Source of the DNA: the human T2T-CHM13v2.0 reference genome, Homo sapiens
Direction: 5' to 3' (one strand)
DNA: 64,000 nt
NCBI RefSeq assembly: GCF_009914755.1
Contig: NC_060929.1
The position numbers and the translations under genes were made by a program. Numbering within the stretch: the first letter of the stretch is position 1; the number at the start of each line of letters is the position of its first letter. This document shows, one piece after another, positions 14,291-27,019 of this stretch. The notes below the pieces were generated by a model. It saw only the letters and a list, made by a program, of their open reading frames with translations, was not told the origin of the DNA and searched no databases.

Positions 14291-14518
14291 GCACAAGGCA
14301 AAATGAATAGAGTTTGAATGCACACATACACACAAACAAAAGAAGATTAAAGGGAAAATATAAAAACAGGGTGCTCCTGAATATTCCAGTAACATTTACT
14401 TTTCCTTACATATCATAGGCATGATGAAAACATCTCTTACAGTTTTTTCCAAATAAAAATAACAAAACTAGCATTTTTCTATGTAAAATATTAAAAAATT
14501 ATTTTATTAACTTGCTTT

Positions 14519-14719
14519 CAGTTAATTTCTTTGATTCTAAGATGTTCATTTTTCTACATTTGATTATATCTGAAATGAGAATTTACCATACCACTGATGT
14601 GGTAGAAAACCAACAAGTCATAGTTTGATTCACAGGTTTGCTCTTTCTCTTTCTTGGTGTCGTATAAAATAATGATGTGACTTACAACAGATGTAAACCT
14701 TAGATTTGATGAAATATAG
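14519..14719. mobile_element. TcMar-Tc2 MITE (MER104/Kanga-like)
   Basis: Imperfect terminal inverted repeats ATTTCTTTGATTCTAAG ... CTTAGATTTGATGAAAT. Confidence 0.55.
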
Positions 14720-15773
14720 TATAGCAAAGATAACTGACCACTGATCTTTACAGTCAGCTATGCTTTGCTAAGATCAAATATGCCACATTAATAATGATGC
14801 AAACATATTGCTCATATTTATTGATATAGATTCAGAGTTTCTGATTAAGAAAATATTTCTATTTTTGTTGATTTCAAATTAGAAAATTGTCAGTGCATAG
14901 CCTATAAATGATTAATTAACTAACATTACAAAGCATTTTACTTTAAAAATACATTGTAGTTTAAAATTCAAAAAAGCCTTTAATTTTATTTAATTATTAT
15001 GCAATAGTAAAGAGAAATATAAAAATTGTAAATTTATTAATGATGCCATATGCCATGAAAATGTTTTCTATATAGATACAAATTCGAATATATGCCTCAT
15101 TTTGTCCCCGTTGTTCTGAAAATACATAGGCAGAAATCAATACTATTATAAAATGTGGTTTCTTGATCTCCCATTTAATTAGTGTGAGTTAAACCTCAAT
15201 AATCACTGGTAATTCTGTTTTTACATTTCTTTGTTACATATCAGAAGTTTACAGCTTATTATGAAATCTTAAGCTAACATTTTTGGTAAAAACATTGGAT
15301 TTGATGTTATATGTGTTATTATCAGATGTGCTTTTTACTAATATCAGTTGGCTGAAACAAAAGCCCAAAATCTATGATTTGGTCAGGATTTGTTTGATTA
15401 CATAAACTACTTTGATGACTCTAAGTAGAATTCACATGTGAAGGGACATTGCACTCTCAATAAGAACCAGAAAATGATTTTATAGTTGAGCACATGTAGT
15501 ATCACTAGCACCAAATAACTACTGCAAACCTGAAAATGAACATCCTTCAGTATCACTAAAACAAAGGGTTTAAAATTTGGGGAATCTAAAACATAATTTC
15601 ATGAAGTGCCTGATGTTTTATTATTTAAAATAGAGACTTAATCAAATATATTTATGCCTTTTAGTACTTACCCAAATGACCCAAATGACTCTTTATATTA
15701 CAGGTTTATACATGCTAAATTTAACATTTCAAATAAAAAGATTTTAAGTAAATTCCAGAAAGCGTAATTCAGC

Positions 15774-16137
15774 TATATTAGCCCATTTTCATGCTGCTGA
15801 TAAAGACATAGAGACTGGGCAATTTACAAAAGAAAGAGGTTTACCAGACTCACAGTTCCACGTGTCTGGGAAGGCCTCACAGTCATGGCAGAAGGTGAAA
15901 GGCACATCTCACATGATAGAAGACAAGAGAAGAGAGAGAGCTTGTGCAGGGAAACTCCCATTTTTAAAATCATCACATCTCATGAGACCTATTCACTATC
16001 ACAAGAACAGCATGGGAAAGACCCATCCCCATGATTCAATTACCTCCCACTCACTGAGTTCCTCCCAGGGCACATGGGAATTGTGGGAGTTAAAATTCAA
16101 GATGAGATTTGGGAAGGGACAGAGCCAAACCATATCA
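15774..16137 (-). mobile_element. THE1 (THE1B-like) MaLR solo LTR
   Basis: Ends in ...AGCCAAACCATATCA; perfect 5-bp TSD TCAGC at 15769-15773 and 16138-16142. Confidence 0.93.
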
Positions 16138-16463
16138 TCAGCTGATACCAAAGGTCTGAAAAAACTTAAAATATATACTAAAGTTGACTACTTTAAATTT
16201 AGAAAACGAATGGTGATTTTAGTTATTTTGAGGCTTAATATAGTTAACACATGTATTTCTTCAATATAATTTCAAAAACTATTTTTAACAAACTAACATA
16301 TAACGGAATCAACATATTTCACTAGTATATTTATCTTTACATAAAAAAAGAGAAATATTTTTATAGATCTACTTTGAAGTGAAAAGTAAAACATGTTGAT
16401 GTCAGTGAGTTATCTATTTCGCATATAACAAGCAAAACCAGCATTTAAGATAAAATGATACAA

Positions 16464-16822
16464 TTAACAGTTCATTGGTTATAAACATGCTTAAAAGAAA
16501 AATTCCTCTATCATGGCAAACTTTGTGTTGAAAAAGAAAAGTGTCATTAGCCACCACAGAGTACCTAAGATAAAATCAAATATTGATTTTATTTAAGAGA
16601 CTACTCTTTAAGAGTTTTCTAACCACAGCTTAGTTAATCCTTATAAAAACAAAAGAAGAAAAATAAGTCCTACCAAGATATTTTTAATATCTTTCTAAAA
16701 ATTCAGTTACACTTATATGACACACCTTAAAGAGACTACAGAAACCCCAACTTCAGAAAGAATGGAAAAACATTGTAATTATGTAGTATAATTATGAGTT
16801 TGTTCCTTCTGGTATGATAAAA
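16464..16822 (+). repeat. Left arm of 359-bp perfect inverted repeat
   Basis: Reverse complement matches 18668-19026 with no mismatch found by eye. Confidence 0.97.
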
Positions 16823-17368
16823 TGTTCTGAGCTATGCTATATAGGCTGTGCACTTAGGAACATCAATACTTATATTGTGTAAAATGAACAGCCACTGAGC
16901 TCCAATGGGCTTCATTTTGTGTTTTAAGATTCCTGAGAATGACTTCGAGATCATTAGCTCTATAAGCACTAATGCATGCTGTTGCTCCTAAAGGAGCATA
17001 ATGAAGTAAAAACATGAGAGTAGCTAATCTTAACATTGTGTTAATTCTAAAAAGAAGAGATGTGTATACGTATTTTTTTGCCATCAAATGGAGGAATAAA
17101 TTTTTTAAAAATGTGAAATGTTATCTCTTTTTTATATTTAAAAACATCATTTAAAAAGAATAAGAATGCTTAACAAGTAGAATTTTCCTGGCTAAGTTAA
17201 AGGCAATTCTCCCTGAGGCTTTTTCACCTGAAGATCTATATTTGGACCACAAGGTAAGTCATCAATTCAAGATCAGGTGACCATCATCTCTTGTGGCTGG
17301 ACAATAGTTTGTTAATCCTTTCTATACATCAATTTATACATACTTTTGGCCCCTAAAAAATAGTCTGG

Positions 17369-17700
17369 GGCCGGGCATTGTGGCTCACATCTGTAATCCC
17401 AGCACTTTGGGAGGCCGAGGTGGGCGGATCACTTGAGGTCAGAAAAGTTCAAGACCAGCCTGGCCAACGTGGTGAAAGCCCATTTATATTATAAACACAA
17501 AAATTAGCCAGGCATGGCGGCACACACCTGTGATTCCAGCTACTCGGGAGGCTGAGGTATGAGAATTGCTTGACCTGGCAGGCTGAGATGGCAGTGAGCC
17601 GAGATCGTGCCACTGCAATCCAGCATGGGTGACAAAGCAAGACCCTGCCTCAAAAACAAAATCAAAAACCAAACAAACAGACAAACAAAAAACAAATAAT
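17369..17700 (+). mobile_element. AluS in the inverted-repeat spacer
   Basis: GGCCGGGC start, dimer structure, A/C-rich tail. Confidence 0.95.
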
Positions 17701-18667
17701 AATGTTTGGGAAAACTCACACTTGCTAGTAGACCACATATTATTTTGATAAATAAAGTGCCCTCACTCCTTCCTTAGCAAGACATCAATCTTAGTGTGTG
17801 GCCTTGAAAGTCTGGTTATTTAAATATTCATATCATACCTAAAGCAAGGAAAATATAATTATCTACTACATAACATATATAATAATTCCATTCTGTAAGG
17901 CTTTCCAAACAGTAGGTATTTCAATTAAAAAAAAGTTTCTTGATCATGAACTCCAGATGATGAGCTGACCATGTTTCTATGGATTATAACACATAGCCTT
18001 GGAATTGCTGCCTATAATGAAAATAACCCATGAAAGCTATAAACGTTACAGCCCTGATTTAAGTGATGTTGTGTTTTATCGAATAACATGCCTATATTAA
18101 AATTGTGAATTATTTTGTGTTAACTTAGTTTTATGTAATTGATTCAAATTCCAGCAAATATGATTCCTATTAATGAAATAAATGAGTATACAATTTCCAA
18201 ATATTTCTGACAATGAAGAACAGTACAAAATTACGATACTACTGATACAAAAGCAAAACTTGTCTTCAAATTTAAATGTCTTTTTCGCACCAAGACTTTA
18301 ATGAGAGTTTTTATTTTTAAGTTTAAATTTCTAATCTTGTGGGCAAATATACTGCAGGTACATTTGTAGTATTATAAAAGAAATACAGTAGTGGATAATA
18401 TCACAATCAAATGTTTCTAAGTTGTATTAAAATATTCAATCTATTTAAGTTAAAAATATATGAATGTTTCATTTTTGTACCTTCCATCCAGATTAGTACC
18501 AGTTTATAGAATCTAGTCCCCCTCCTCTTCCTCACCAAAGCAAATAATCCCTCTTACAATGACAAATGGTTAAAATAATAGAATGTGTGATTTAGTACTA
18601 AAAACTAGAGGAAATTATTATGAATATATAACAAATCTGACCATATTTCCCCTAGATAAATTAAATG

Positions 18668-19026
18668 TTTTATCATACCAGAAGGAACAAACTCATAATT
18701 ATACTACATAATTACAATGTTTTTCCATTCTTTCTGAAGTTGGGGTTTCTGTAGTCTCTTTAAGGTGTGTCATATAAGTGTAACTGAATTTTTAGAAAGA
18801 TATTAAAAATATCTTGGTAGGACTTATTTTTCTTCTTTTGTTTTTATAAGGATTAACTAAGCTGTGGTTAGAAAACTCTTAAAGAGTAGTCTCTTAAATA
18901 AAATCAATATTTGATTTTATCTTAGGTACTCTGTGGTGGCTAATGACACTTTTCTTTTTCAACACAAAGTTTGCCATGATAGAGGAATTTTTCTTTTAAG
19001 CATGTTTATAACCAATGAACTGTTAA
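18668..19026 (-). repeat. Right arm of 359-bp perfect inverted repeat
   Basis: Reverse complement of 16464-16822. Confidence 0.97.
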
Positions 19027-19789
19027 CTAATAAAACTGCTTTTATTAGTTAAATATTAGATATATTTCCATTAAGACAGAACTAAATCACACATTTTGTC
19101 TTTGAAAGAAATTATTGGAATAAAGTAAGAGAGATATTATTGGAATCTTCCTTCTAGATGCTCTAATTGGAAAAGATGATAATTAGGAATCAGTCTAGGT
19201 CATGAGACATAGTCTACTATAATATTTTGGTCGCACAATTCAAAACTAGCTCAAGTGAAAAGTTTCAGAACCAATGTGCCCCACCAAACCGAAAGCAATC
19301 AGGGCCCCAAATCATTCCATTCCCCGTGTGGTTTCATACTGATGCAGTAGGCAATTTCTTCCATCATAGGGAATCACATCAGCGAGGCAGTTGAAAACAC
19401 CAAAAGGGAAACCTAGAGCAAAGGCTGAGCTATATAAAAATATTAGATATGGAGAGCTTGCTCCTAGAATCACCTTGTTCCTGAAGGTCAAAGGGTAATA
19501 TATTTGAAAAGAAGATTTTTGTTGCTGTTATTCTTTTCTTTTTTTCTTTCCTTTTTTTTTTTTTTTTTCCCCTAGGAGTACTCTACTACACTAGGGCCTG
19601 TGTTCTCAGATCCACCTTCTACCCAACTGTTGACTCACTGAACTGGTTACACAGAACTATATTATTTAGATCTTCATTTTTAGCATACTAATAAACAGTG
19701 AAGAGACAAAAGAAAAATTAAACTAAAACAAGTATTAATACGTATCAAACTAACTTCTTCACATTCAAAGATGTATAAACTGATCAGAA

Positions 19790-20260
19790 AATCAACAAAG
19801 AGTTCTTAAAAATATGAGAGAAGTGATGGAAAAGTCAAGAAAATACTGAAAATAAAGAAAATATTATGACAACTCTCAGATATTAAAATAGACTATAAAA
19901 CTATGATGATCAAAATAGTGTGGTCATAGCCAAAGGCTAAATATCAATAGGACAGAAAACTCAGAAATAGAAGTTTAAAATGTATATGAATATGTGCATA
20001 TCCTTTCATGTAGGTAGTTTTTCATATCAGTTGTGAAAAGATGGTTACTGCAAAGATGCTGAATCTATGCATTAGCTATTTAGTGACAAAACTGTTTAGC
20101 TAATTAGCTATATATAAAAATTAATTATTCATAAAGATGTTAATAAAAATTGATACCATAGAATAGTAATACATGTTGATTGGAAATTCCTTATAAGCAG
20201 TATCATCATTTCCAATAATCATAAAACTAAAGAGAAATATTATCTATAAAGGGAAATACA
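19790..20260 (+). mobile_element. Ancient L1M ORF2 fragment
   Basis: ACTATAAAACTATGATGATCAAAATAGTGTGGT...ATCAATAGGACAGAA L1 ORF2 motif. Confidence 0.55.
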
Positions 20261-20362
20261 GATAGAACCACCATCAAATAAAAGCAAATCTGGACTTAAG
20301 AGGCAATCTTATTTTAAAAGACTTGCAATAAGAAGAATTTTCCAATCCTAAGATTTATAAAC

Positions 20363-21748
20363 ATGTGGTGCTCTTTCCCTTACCCTAGGGATGGGGCTTC
20401 CTGAGAGCCAAACTGCAGAGATTGTTATTGCTCTTCTGGATTTAGCCACCCAGAGAGGCTACTGGGCTCTAGGCTGGTACTGAGGAGTGTCTGCAAAAAG
20501 TCCTGGGATATGATTCATGTTCAGATCTTTCAGACCTAGATTCCAGCACCTGCTCCATTGATGGTAGCAGGGGAGTAAAGTGGACTCTGTGAGGGTCCTT
20601 GGTTGTAGTTTTGTTTAGTGTGCTGGTTTTGTGTTGGTTGGCTTCCAGCCAGGAGGTGGGGCTTTCATAACTGCATCAGCTGTGGTAGTATAGGGAGGAT
20701 ACAAGCTTACCCTAGGGTCACCTGGATAAGTATTCAGGTTTCTCAGGCAATGGGCAAGGCCATAGAATGCCCAAGAGATTATGCCCTTTGTCTTTGGCTA
20801 TGACGGCAGGTAGAGAAATGCCATCAGGTTGGAGGCAGGATTAGGCATGTCTGAGCTCAGATGCTCCTTGGGCATGGCTTGCTGCAGCTGCTGTGGGGAT
20901 GGGGTGTGGTTCTCAGGCTGGAAGATGGAGTCACGTTCCCAGGGGGATTATGGCTGCCTGTCCTGTGTCATACAGGTCGCCAGGGAAGTGGGGGAAAGTT
21001 GGCAGTGATGTGCCTCACCCTTCTCCCATGCAGCTTGCAAGGCCAATCTCACTCCCACCATGCCCCCACAACAGCAGCAAGTTTATGTCCAAGCAGCTGG
21101 TGAGCAGGGCTGGGAACTTGCCCCAGGCTACAATCCTCCCAGCTGAGAAAGCAAGCAGGGCATTAGGCTTTGTACCTCCCCACCAGCCACAGTTTCTGTG
21201 CTCTTATCTGCACTTCCCATTCGCACCCTCCCCTGGATTCTGTCCAGCAAATTTTGCATTTGGTCAAAACTATTACAAAGTTCAGCTGGAAGTTTCCTTC
21301 TCCCTATGGTCATTCCCCAATTCCACTGGCAGCCCTCCCCAAATACCCCTGCAAGACGAAGTCAGGAATGGCTTCCCTGGAGACCTAGAGTGTCCACAGG
21401 GCTCTTCCTACTGCTTCCTCTACCCCTATACTTTGTTCAGCTCTCTAAATTCATCTCAGCTCCAGGTAAGGGCAAATCCTTCTCCCATTACCTGGACCTT
21501 CATGTTCCCCAGTGAGGATGTGTGTTCAGGGGGGGACATTTCCCTTCTAACACTTTGGGCACTCGCAATTTTTTGGCTGTCTCATGGAGCCTGTACTGGC
21601 AAGCCACTTCCTTCAAAGGGTCTATGGATTCTCTCAGTTTTCCTGGTATGTTCCTGCAGTAGTTCGTGGATCAAAAGTTCACGATATGAGTCTCCACATG
21701 CTCCTCTATCTGTCCTAGTGGGAGACACAAGTTAGTCCTGCCTCCCGT
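20363..21748 (-). mobile_element. L1PB-type 5' UTR fragment (a few more bases at about 22535-22550)
   Basis: GC-rich antisense L1PB 5' motifs (GATGGGGCTTCCTGAGAGCCAAACTGCAG, CAAGTTAGTCCTGCCTCC). Confidence 0.75.
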
Positions 21749-22534
21749 TGAAATGGGAAAAGTTCCCTTATCCCCCTTGCAGGATGCATGATGGGGTTGT
21801 GGCTGGCTTCTTCGGTGGCCCACTGCTCAAACTTCTAGGGGGAGCAGTCAGATGGGCAGGTTTTAGGGCTCCGACCCCAAAGCAGGGTCTAGGGGTGAAT
21901 GTTTACAGCTGAAGTCCTAGTGGGCATGTGTAGCAGTGTGTTCTTTCAGTTTAGCAGTCTGTAAGCAGCTTGTGTTGTCAGCTTAGTTAGACCCCCTGCC
22001 TTATTGTAAGGACAGAGGGCTTTCTGTATCCGGGCTTCTAGCCTTGGTGTACCACAAGAATCGGATCACACACGGGCTTGAGAATGAATGTAAGGTTGTA
22101 CTGAGTGGAAGTAGCTCTCAGCAGATGGGGGAGCCAGAAGACAGATGGAGTGGATAAGTGGTTTTCCCCTTGAGTTGGGCTGCTCAGCAGCTGAGCTCCC
22201 CTCCGACTGCCCAGCCAAACTCCATGTCGTTCCGCTGGTCAATGGCCTGCCGGCATGCCAGTGTCTACCAGAGTGCTCTTATGCTGGTGCATTCCTTTAT
22301 ACATCCCCCTACTTGTGTGTGTGTCAAGGTTTTTATAGGAACAGGAGCAGAGTGGGGGCCGGGGGGATGGTCGGGGCATGGCAGGCCAGGGTGGTCTTGG
22401 GAAACGTAACATTTGGGCAGGAAAACAGAAATGCCTGTCCTCACCTACGTCAGTGGGAACAGACCCAGGGGTGGAGCCCTAGCCAAGGACCCGCCCTTCT
22501 CTACCCAGCACTTCCGTGTCCCCCTCCCATATCA
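21749..22534 (-). mobile_element. ERV1 solo LTR (LTR1/LTR28/MER61 group)
   Basis: TG...CA termini, about 785 bp; TGAAATGGGAAAAGTTCCCTT at one end and CTACCCAGCACTTCC...ATATCA at the other. Confidence 0.8.
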
Positions 22535-22996
22535 CTATTTGCCACTTATTCTACTTTTTCAAAAGGACATTTCTTTTAGAGCAAAGAGTAAACAACCTAA
22601 AAAGTACTGATGGTTGAAAAATGGGCTGAGCATATGGCATGACGAGCAAACTGTTTAGGCAGGTCTTTCTCTGAGGCCTGCTAATTCTTGAAGGGGCTAT
22701 AAAGGGGTGATTTTTCCATGTCTCAGTGCCTTTTTAAGCTCAAAGATGGGTCAAGGTTCAGGCGCTTACAGGAAGGGGATAAGCTTGACTAAAGTTTGGC
22801 CAAGTCATATCAGCAAGTATTTTGTTCAAATTGGTCACTCCACGAAAAAAAGTGAAAGTTCTACAAAATCGTAAATAGCAAAGAGCCAGCTGGGCAAACA
22901 TTTGCATCTATTCTTGAAGGAACTTTTATTAACCATTAGTACAAATAATCCATCAGAAAGTATGTAAACACATTTTAAAAGAATCCTACTCTAAAA

Positions 22997-23257
22997 TCTC
23001 ACTCATAGGTGGGAATTGAACAATGAGAACACATGGACACAGGAAGGGGAACATCACACTCTGGGGCCTGTTGTGGGGTGGGGGGAGGGGGGAGGGATAG
23101 CATTGGGAGATATACCTAATGCTAGATGACGAGTTAGTGGGTGCAGTGCACCAGCATGGCACATGTATACATATGTAACTAACCTGCACATTGTGCACAT
23201 GTATCCTAAAACTTAAAGTATAACAATAAAAAAAATAAAAAATAAAAAAATAAAAAA
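22997..23257 (+). mobile_element. Young 5'-truncated L1PA (L1PA2/3-like) 3' end
   Basis: Near-consensus 3' UTR with G-tract, GATGACGAGTTAGTG (GAG, not the L1HS ACA/ACG), A-rich tail and short AAAATC TSD. Confidence 0.92.
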
Positions 23258-24489
23258 ATCTATGATTTCAGTGATATTACAAATGAATCTCTATTTTCTA
23301 TTTAAAACTGTTTTGTACATGTCAATTTCCTTTAAAAAAAAAAAGCCTTTAAATAGCACTCCAATATTCTGAATAGAAAGTTCACAACATTGGTATCCAG
23401 AATGCTATATAATCGAATTCAATTTTACTTTCATTGAACACTGTTACAAAAGGCACATTCTATAGGAAGCAACTGTAACTTATAATACTCTATATTTAGG
23501 AATGCCATCCACCTCTAAGAGGGGAAGTCTTTAATCTTTTGAGTTCATATGCCTTTTTTCAGAATCTCATGAAATTTATAGTTATCTTTTCAGCAAAAAT
23601 GTACATGAACACAAGACTCAATTTCAGTTTTTACACATATCTCCTAAACCTATCAATGCTTTCCTAGGCTGTATGTTAAACTGCTATGTATTAAAAGCAC
23701 CACTGTATCATCCTTAAACATATTCTCCAATGGAACTGAATTTTTCCAGAGTCTGGTTCAGGAAAGTAAAGAGAGAGTTCAGAACTGCCATGTGAATCAT
23801 CACTTTCTCACTGAAAGCCATTTTTAATATTCATACAAACTCTCTAGCTAAACTCCAGCTGATCTGAAAGAACTCTCAATTATAGTCAAATAGGACAAAC
23901 TATTTTTTTTTCTTAAAAAGGATACAGTTTAATTTATCTATATTTACTGACAACCATTTCCACAGCCTGGGAGTTACTTTCTTTCATTCTCTGCTGTTCT
24001 CAAATTGGCACTTTCTTTAAAGCTCAGGACCAATTGTATCTTACCTGTGAAGCATTTTTAGTTTTCTACTTTCTTCCCATTTAAAAATTCTTGGATGAAT
24101 ACTCAATGATTTTGGACGAAATACAAATGTTACAATATTTTACATGGCATGGAAAATTTTTCAGCTTCTACCATTCTGGCTACCTGAAGTTTCCTAGCTT
24201 AGGGTTTTCTATGCTGTTTGCTTTTATATATCTGTACTTTTGGTAATACTTTAGTTTTTACCTACAAGATAGTATTCCAGTCTCACTTAGAAATCTTTCC
24301 TAACCAATCCCAGGATCGGATTTAGGTGTCTCTATTATGCACTCTACCAATAACAGCAAATCTCCACTATAGCATGTTTTTCTGTGTTGAAATCACTTAC
24401 CCTCTTCTGTGTGTCTTTCTTTAGCTGTTGAGCTACTTAAGAGATTATATTATATATGTATTTTTATTCAATAGAGCACTGTAATTTTT

Positions 24490-24900
24490 AGACTTACATT
24501 ATTTGCAAACTTAACAACTATATATTTGCCTTCCCTATCTAGGTCATTTATAATGACTATGTCCAGAAAAATACAAAAAAATTAAAACACCAACTCTAAA
24601 ACTTTTCCTTAAACTGGCACTGAGCCATTCATCAGCAGCGTTTAAATAAGTCTTTTAAATCATTATTAACAGGATCAATTTTACCAGCATCTAGTTCATA
24701 TAGAGCTTTTTAATCTCAACAATAACAAAGACACAAACAAAAACTCGTCAAATTTCTCAAAAATGTTACACCTAACATTTTTAATATTTCTAAATCCACT
24801 AATTTAGAAACTCTCTAAAATTGAAACAATGTTGAACTAACATGATTTCTTTTTTAATGAAACCAATAATGTGCCTAGTCATTTAGCTAAATGTCAAAAG
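24490..24900 (-). mobile_element. L3/CR1 fragment
   Basis: CR1 RT-region antisense motifs (CTAGGTCATTTATAA, GAGCCATTCATCAGCA, AACTAACATGATTTCTTTTTAATGAAACCA). Confidence 0.5.
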
Positions 24901-25276
24901 TATATTTTTAACCCTATTTTTTGGAAGAAATGCCTAACAGCACTCTTTCAAATTCACTTAAAAATTCCTATTACTATTTACAAATCTTCATTCACGTTTG
25001 TTTTTAAAGAGACATTATTTTGGGTGCCTCTGATTGCTTCTATGACAATGAATTGATTGATCTTGTTTGTCTTCAAATTTTAAGGGTTTTAAAATTATAA
25101 CAACACTTTTTCTTAACTCTAATTTTATTTATTTCTCTTCACAAATGTAAGGAGTTCTTTTTTAGACATTTATATAAAACAGTAACAATTATTATCAACC
25201 GATTGTTTCCCATACCAATATAATTATTAACTACTCTGGGGAAAAAAATTAAAACCTCCAGACTATCAAAATTTTA

Positions 25277-25460
25277 ATGAGAGGTTTTCAATCTGACATG
25301 CATATTAGACTCACCTAGAATATCTTAAAAAGAATATGATGACTAGGCCCCACAAACAGGGGATCTGATATAATTTTCTTGAGATGGGTCAGACCATGGG
25401 TATTTTTTTAAACCTCCCCTCTGATTTTAAATTTCAGGCAGGGTTTTAAGCCAGTGCTCT
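25277..25460. mobile_element. MER5-type hAT-Charlie MITE
   Basis: CATATTAGACTCACCT...GGCCCCAC...CAGGGTTTTAAGCCAGTGCTCT. Confidence 0.65.
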
Positions 25461-27019
25461 GAAGAAAGCAATCTGTTTTTCTTTCTTTCCAGGCTGTTAC
25501 AAAGATACATTGCCATAATTTGCTCCTGGATCATGATCCTGTGACTCTTTGGGGTTCTCATCTTTTAATGTAATAAATATAATTTTTAAAAAATAAACAT
25601 TTTAATTTACTGTAGTAAACTATAATTTTAGCAAAGGAAAATACATGAATAAATTTATTTTTAGAGTGAGACGATTTAATAGGTAAAACTAATCTTACAT
25701 ACAACATCAGTATTCTGTGAGTCTTCCAAATGGCCTTGCCAACTTCTTTACATACATTTATTCTCTAGTTACTTAGCGTGTGTCTCCATCTTCTACATCT
25801 TCTAGATTAAGTATTATCAACTGATTTACCCTACATAGAAGCAACCAAAAGAGTACTCATTCCCTTTAAAAATAAAAAACAATAATAATAATAATGATAA
25901 TCACAATAAAAGTGAGGAATTACTTGGAAATAATTTAAAAACTAACAAAAAATTATTGAATAATTCTCTCCCAAAAAATGAGAAGAAATAGAAAATGATT
26001 TCTTGGGGTTCTTGCAAAAATTAGAAGAAATACATGTAATCAACTATCATGAAAGTGCCTAAAATTGCCCCTTATACATATTATTATTCTTTACTGATTA
26101 AAAATGGCCCTGCATTTAGAGATTTAGAGTAATTTTGTAGTTTTAGTATCAGAAGAAAGTGTAAGTGAATTTTAAATAATGTCCTTAAATAATGCAACAT
26201 TTCATGTAAACACTATTATATAATATAGATTCTGAGATACCAAGATTTTTAGGCCTGACCTTACCGTATTCTCCATATAGTACTAACATCTAAATGAGAA
26301 AAGTTTTCATAAAAACTTCTATTTATAAAATCACAATGTGAGTTTTTCCATTTTTTTGTCTGAGTAGCTTAAAAAGACAGGAAACATTGTTATACATCAC
26401 TTATGTTAATATTTTTCCATAACTATTATCCAACATGCAACTAAAGATTAATCAAAATAATAATACGTACATGAATAAATAGGTCAGTATTTAAAACTAT
26501 GTCATTAGGTTAACTTTCCCTTTACAAAGATTAACTTTTGGCACTGAGTTCCCCCAAACAAAAAAGAATTATAGAAATAATCTATGAACTCTCAGGTGGC
26601 AATCTATATATAAGCATTTTCAATTTATTTAGCTTTCAAGGACTCTTAACATAAATGTGTCTATGTTACTTTCAATATGCCTACAAAGAGGTTTAAAAAG
26701 TACCAATCTTTTTTCTCTGCAAAGAGCATTATTTTCTTTTAGCTGTGCACACCCAGTATTAGACAGGACTAAAACAAAGGAGCATCTTGACTCCTTGGGC
26801 TGTCATAGAATTCAGCACAAGCTCTGTGGAAATTTTACACCTGTTAGTGTCTTGCCATCTCTTCTATGATCAGTTAAGGTCTCATTACCATCATCTCTTG
26901 TATGTGGCTCCCACTTTAACATCAATGCCATTCAGCGTATCATTCACAGAATAAGCAATTCACATTTTAATTACCTTTCACCCAGCTGCTTAATTTTTTC
27001 CCTTTCTTTCATTTATTCA

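Noticed and set aside
17957-18057. Possible C/D-box snoRNA (ATGATGA...CTGA)
   Set aside because: No terminal stem and no recognisable rRNA-complementary guide; the motifs are short enough to occur by chance.
16464-19026. DNA transposon with long TIRs
   Set aside because: No TSD, no transposase remnant and no family motif; 100% arm identity does not fit long-extinct primate DNA transposons.
25470-25600. Plus-strand acceptor (tttctttccag|GCTG) followed by a short ORF and AATAAA
   Set aside because: Isolated signal next to a MER5 with no supported upstream exons; the lone AAG|GTAAGT donor near 17252 cannot be linked to it.
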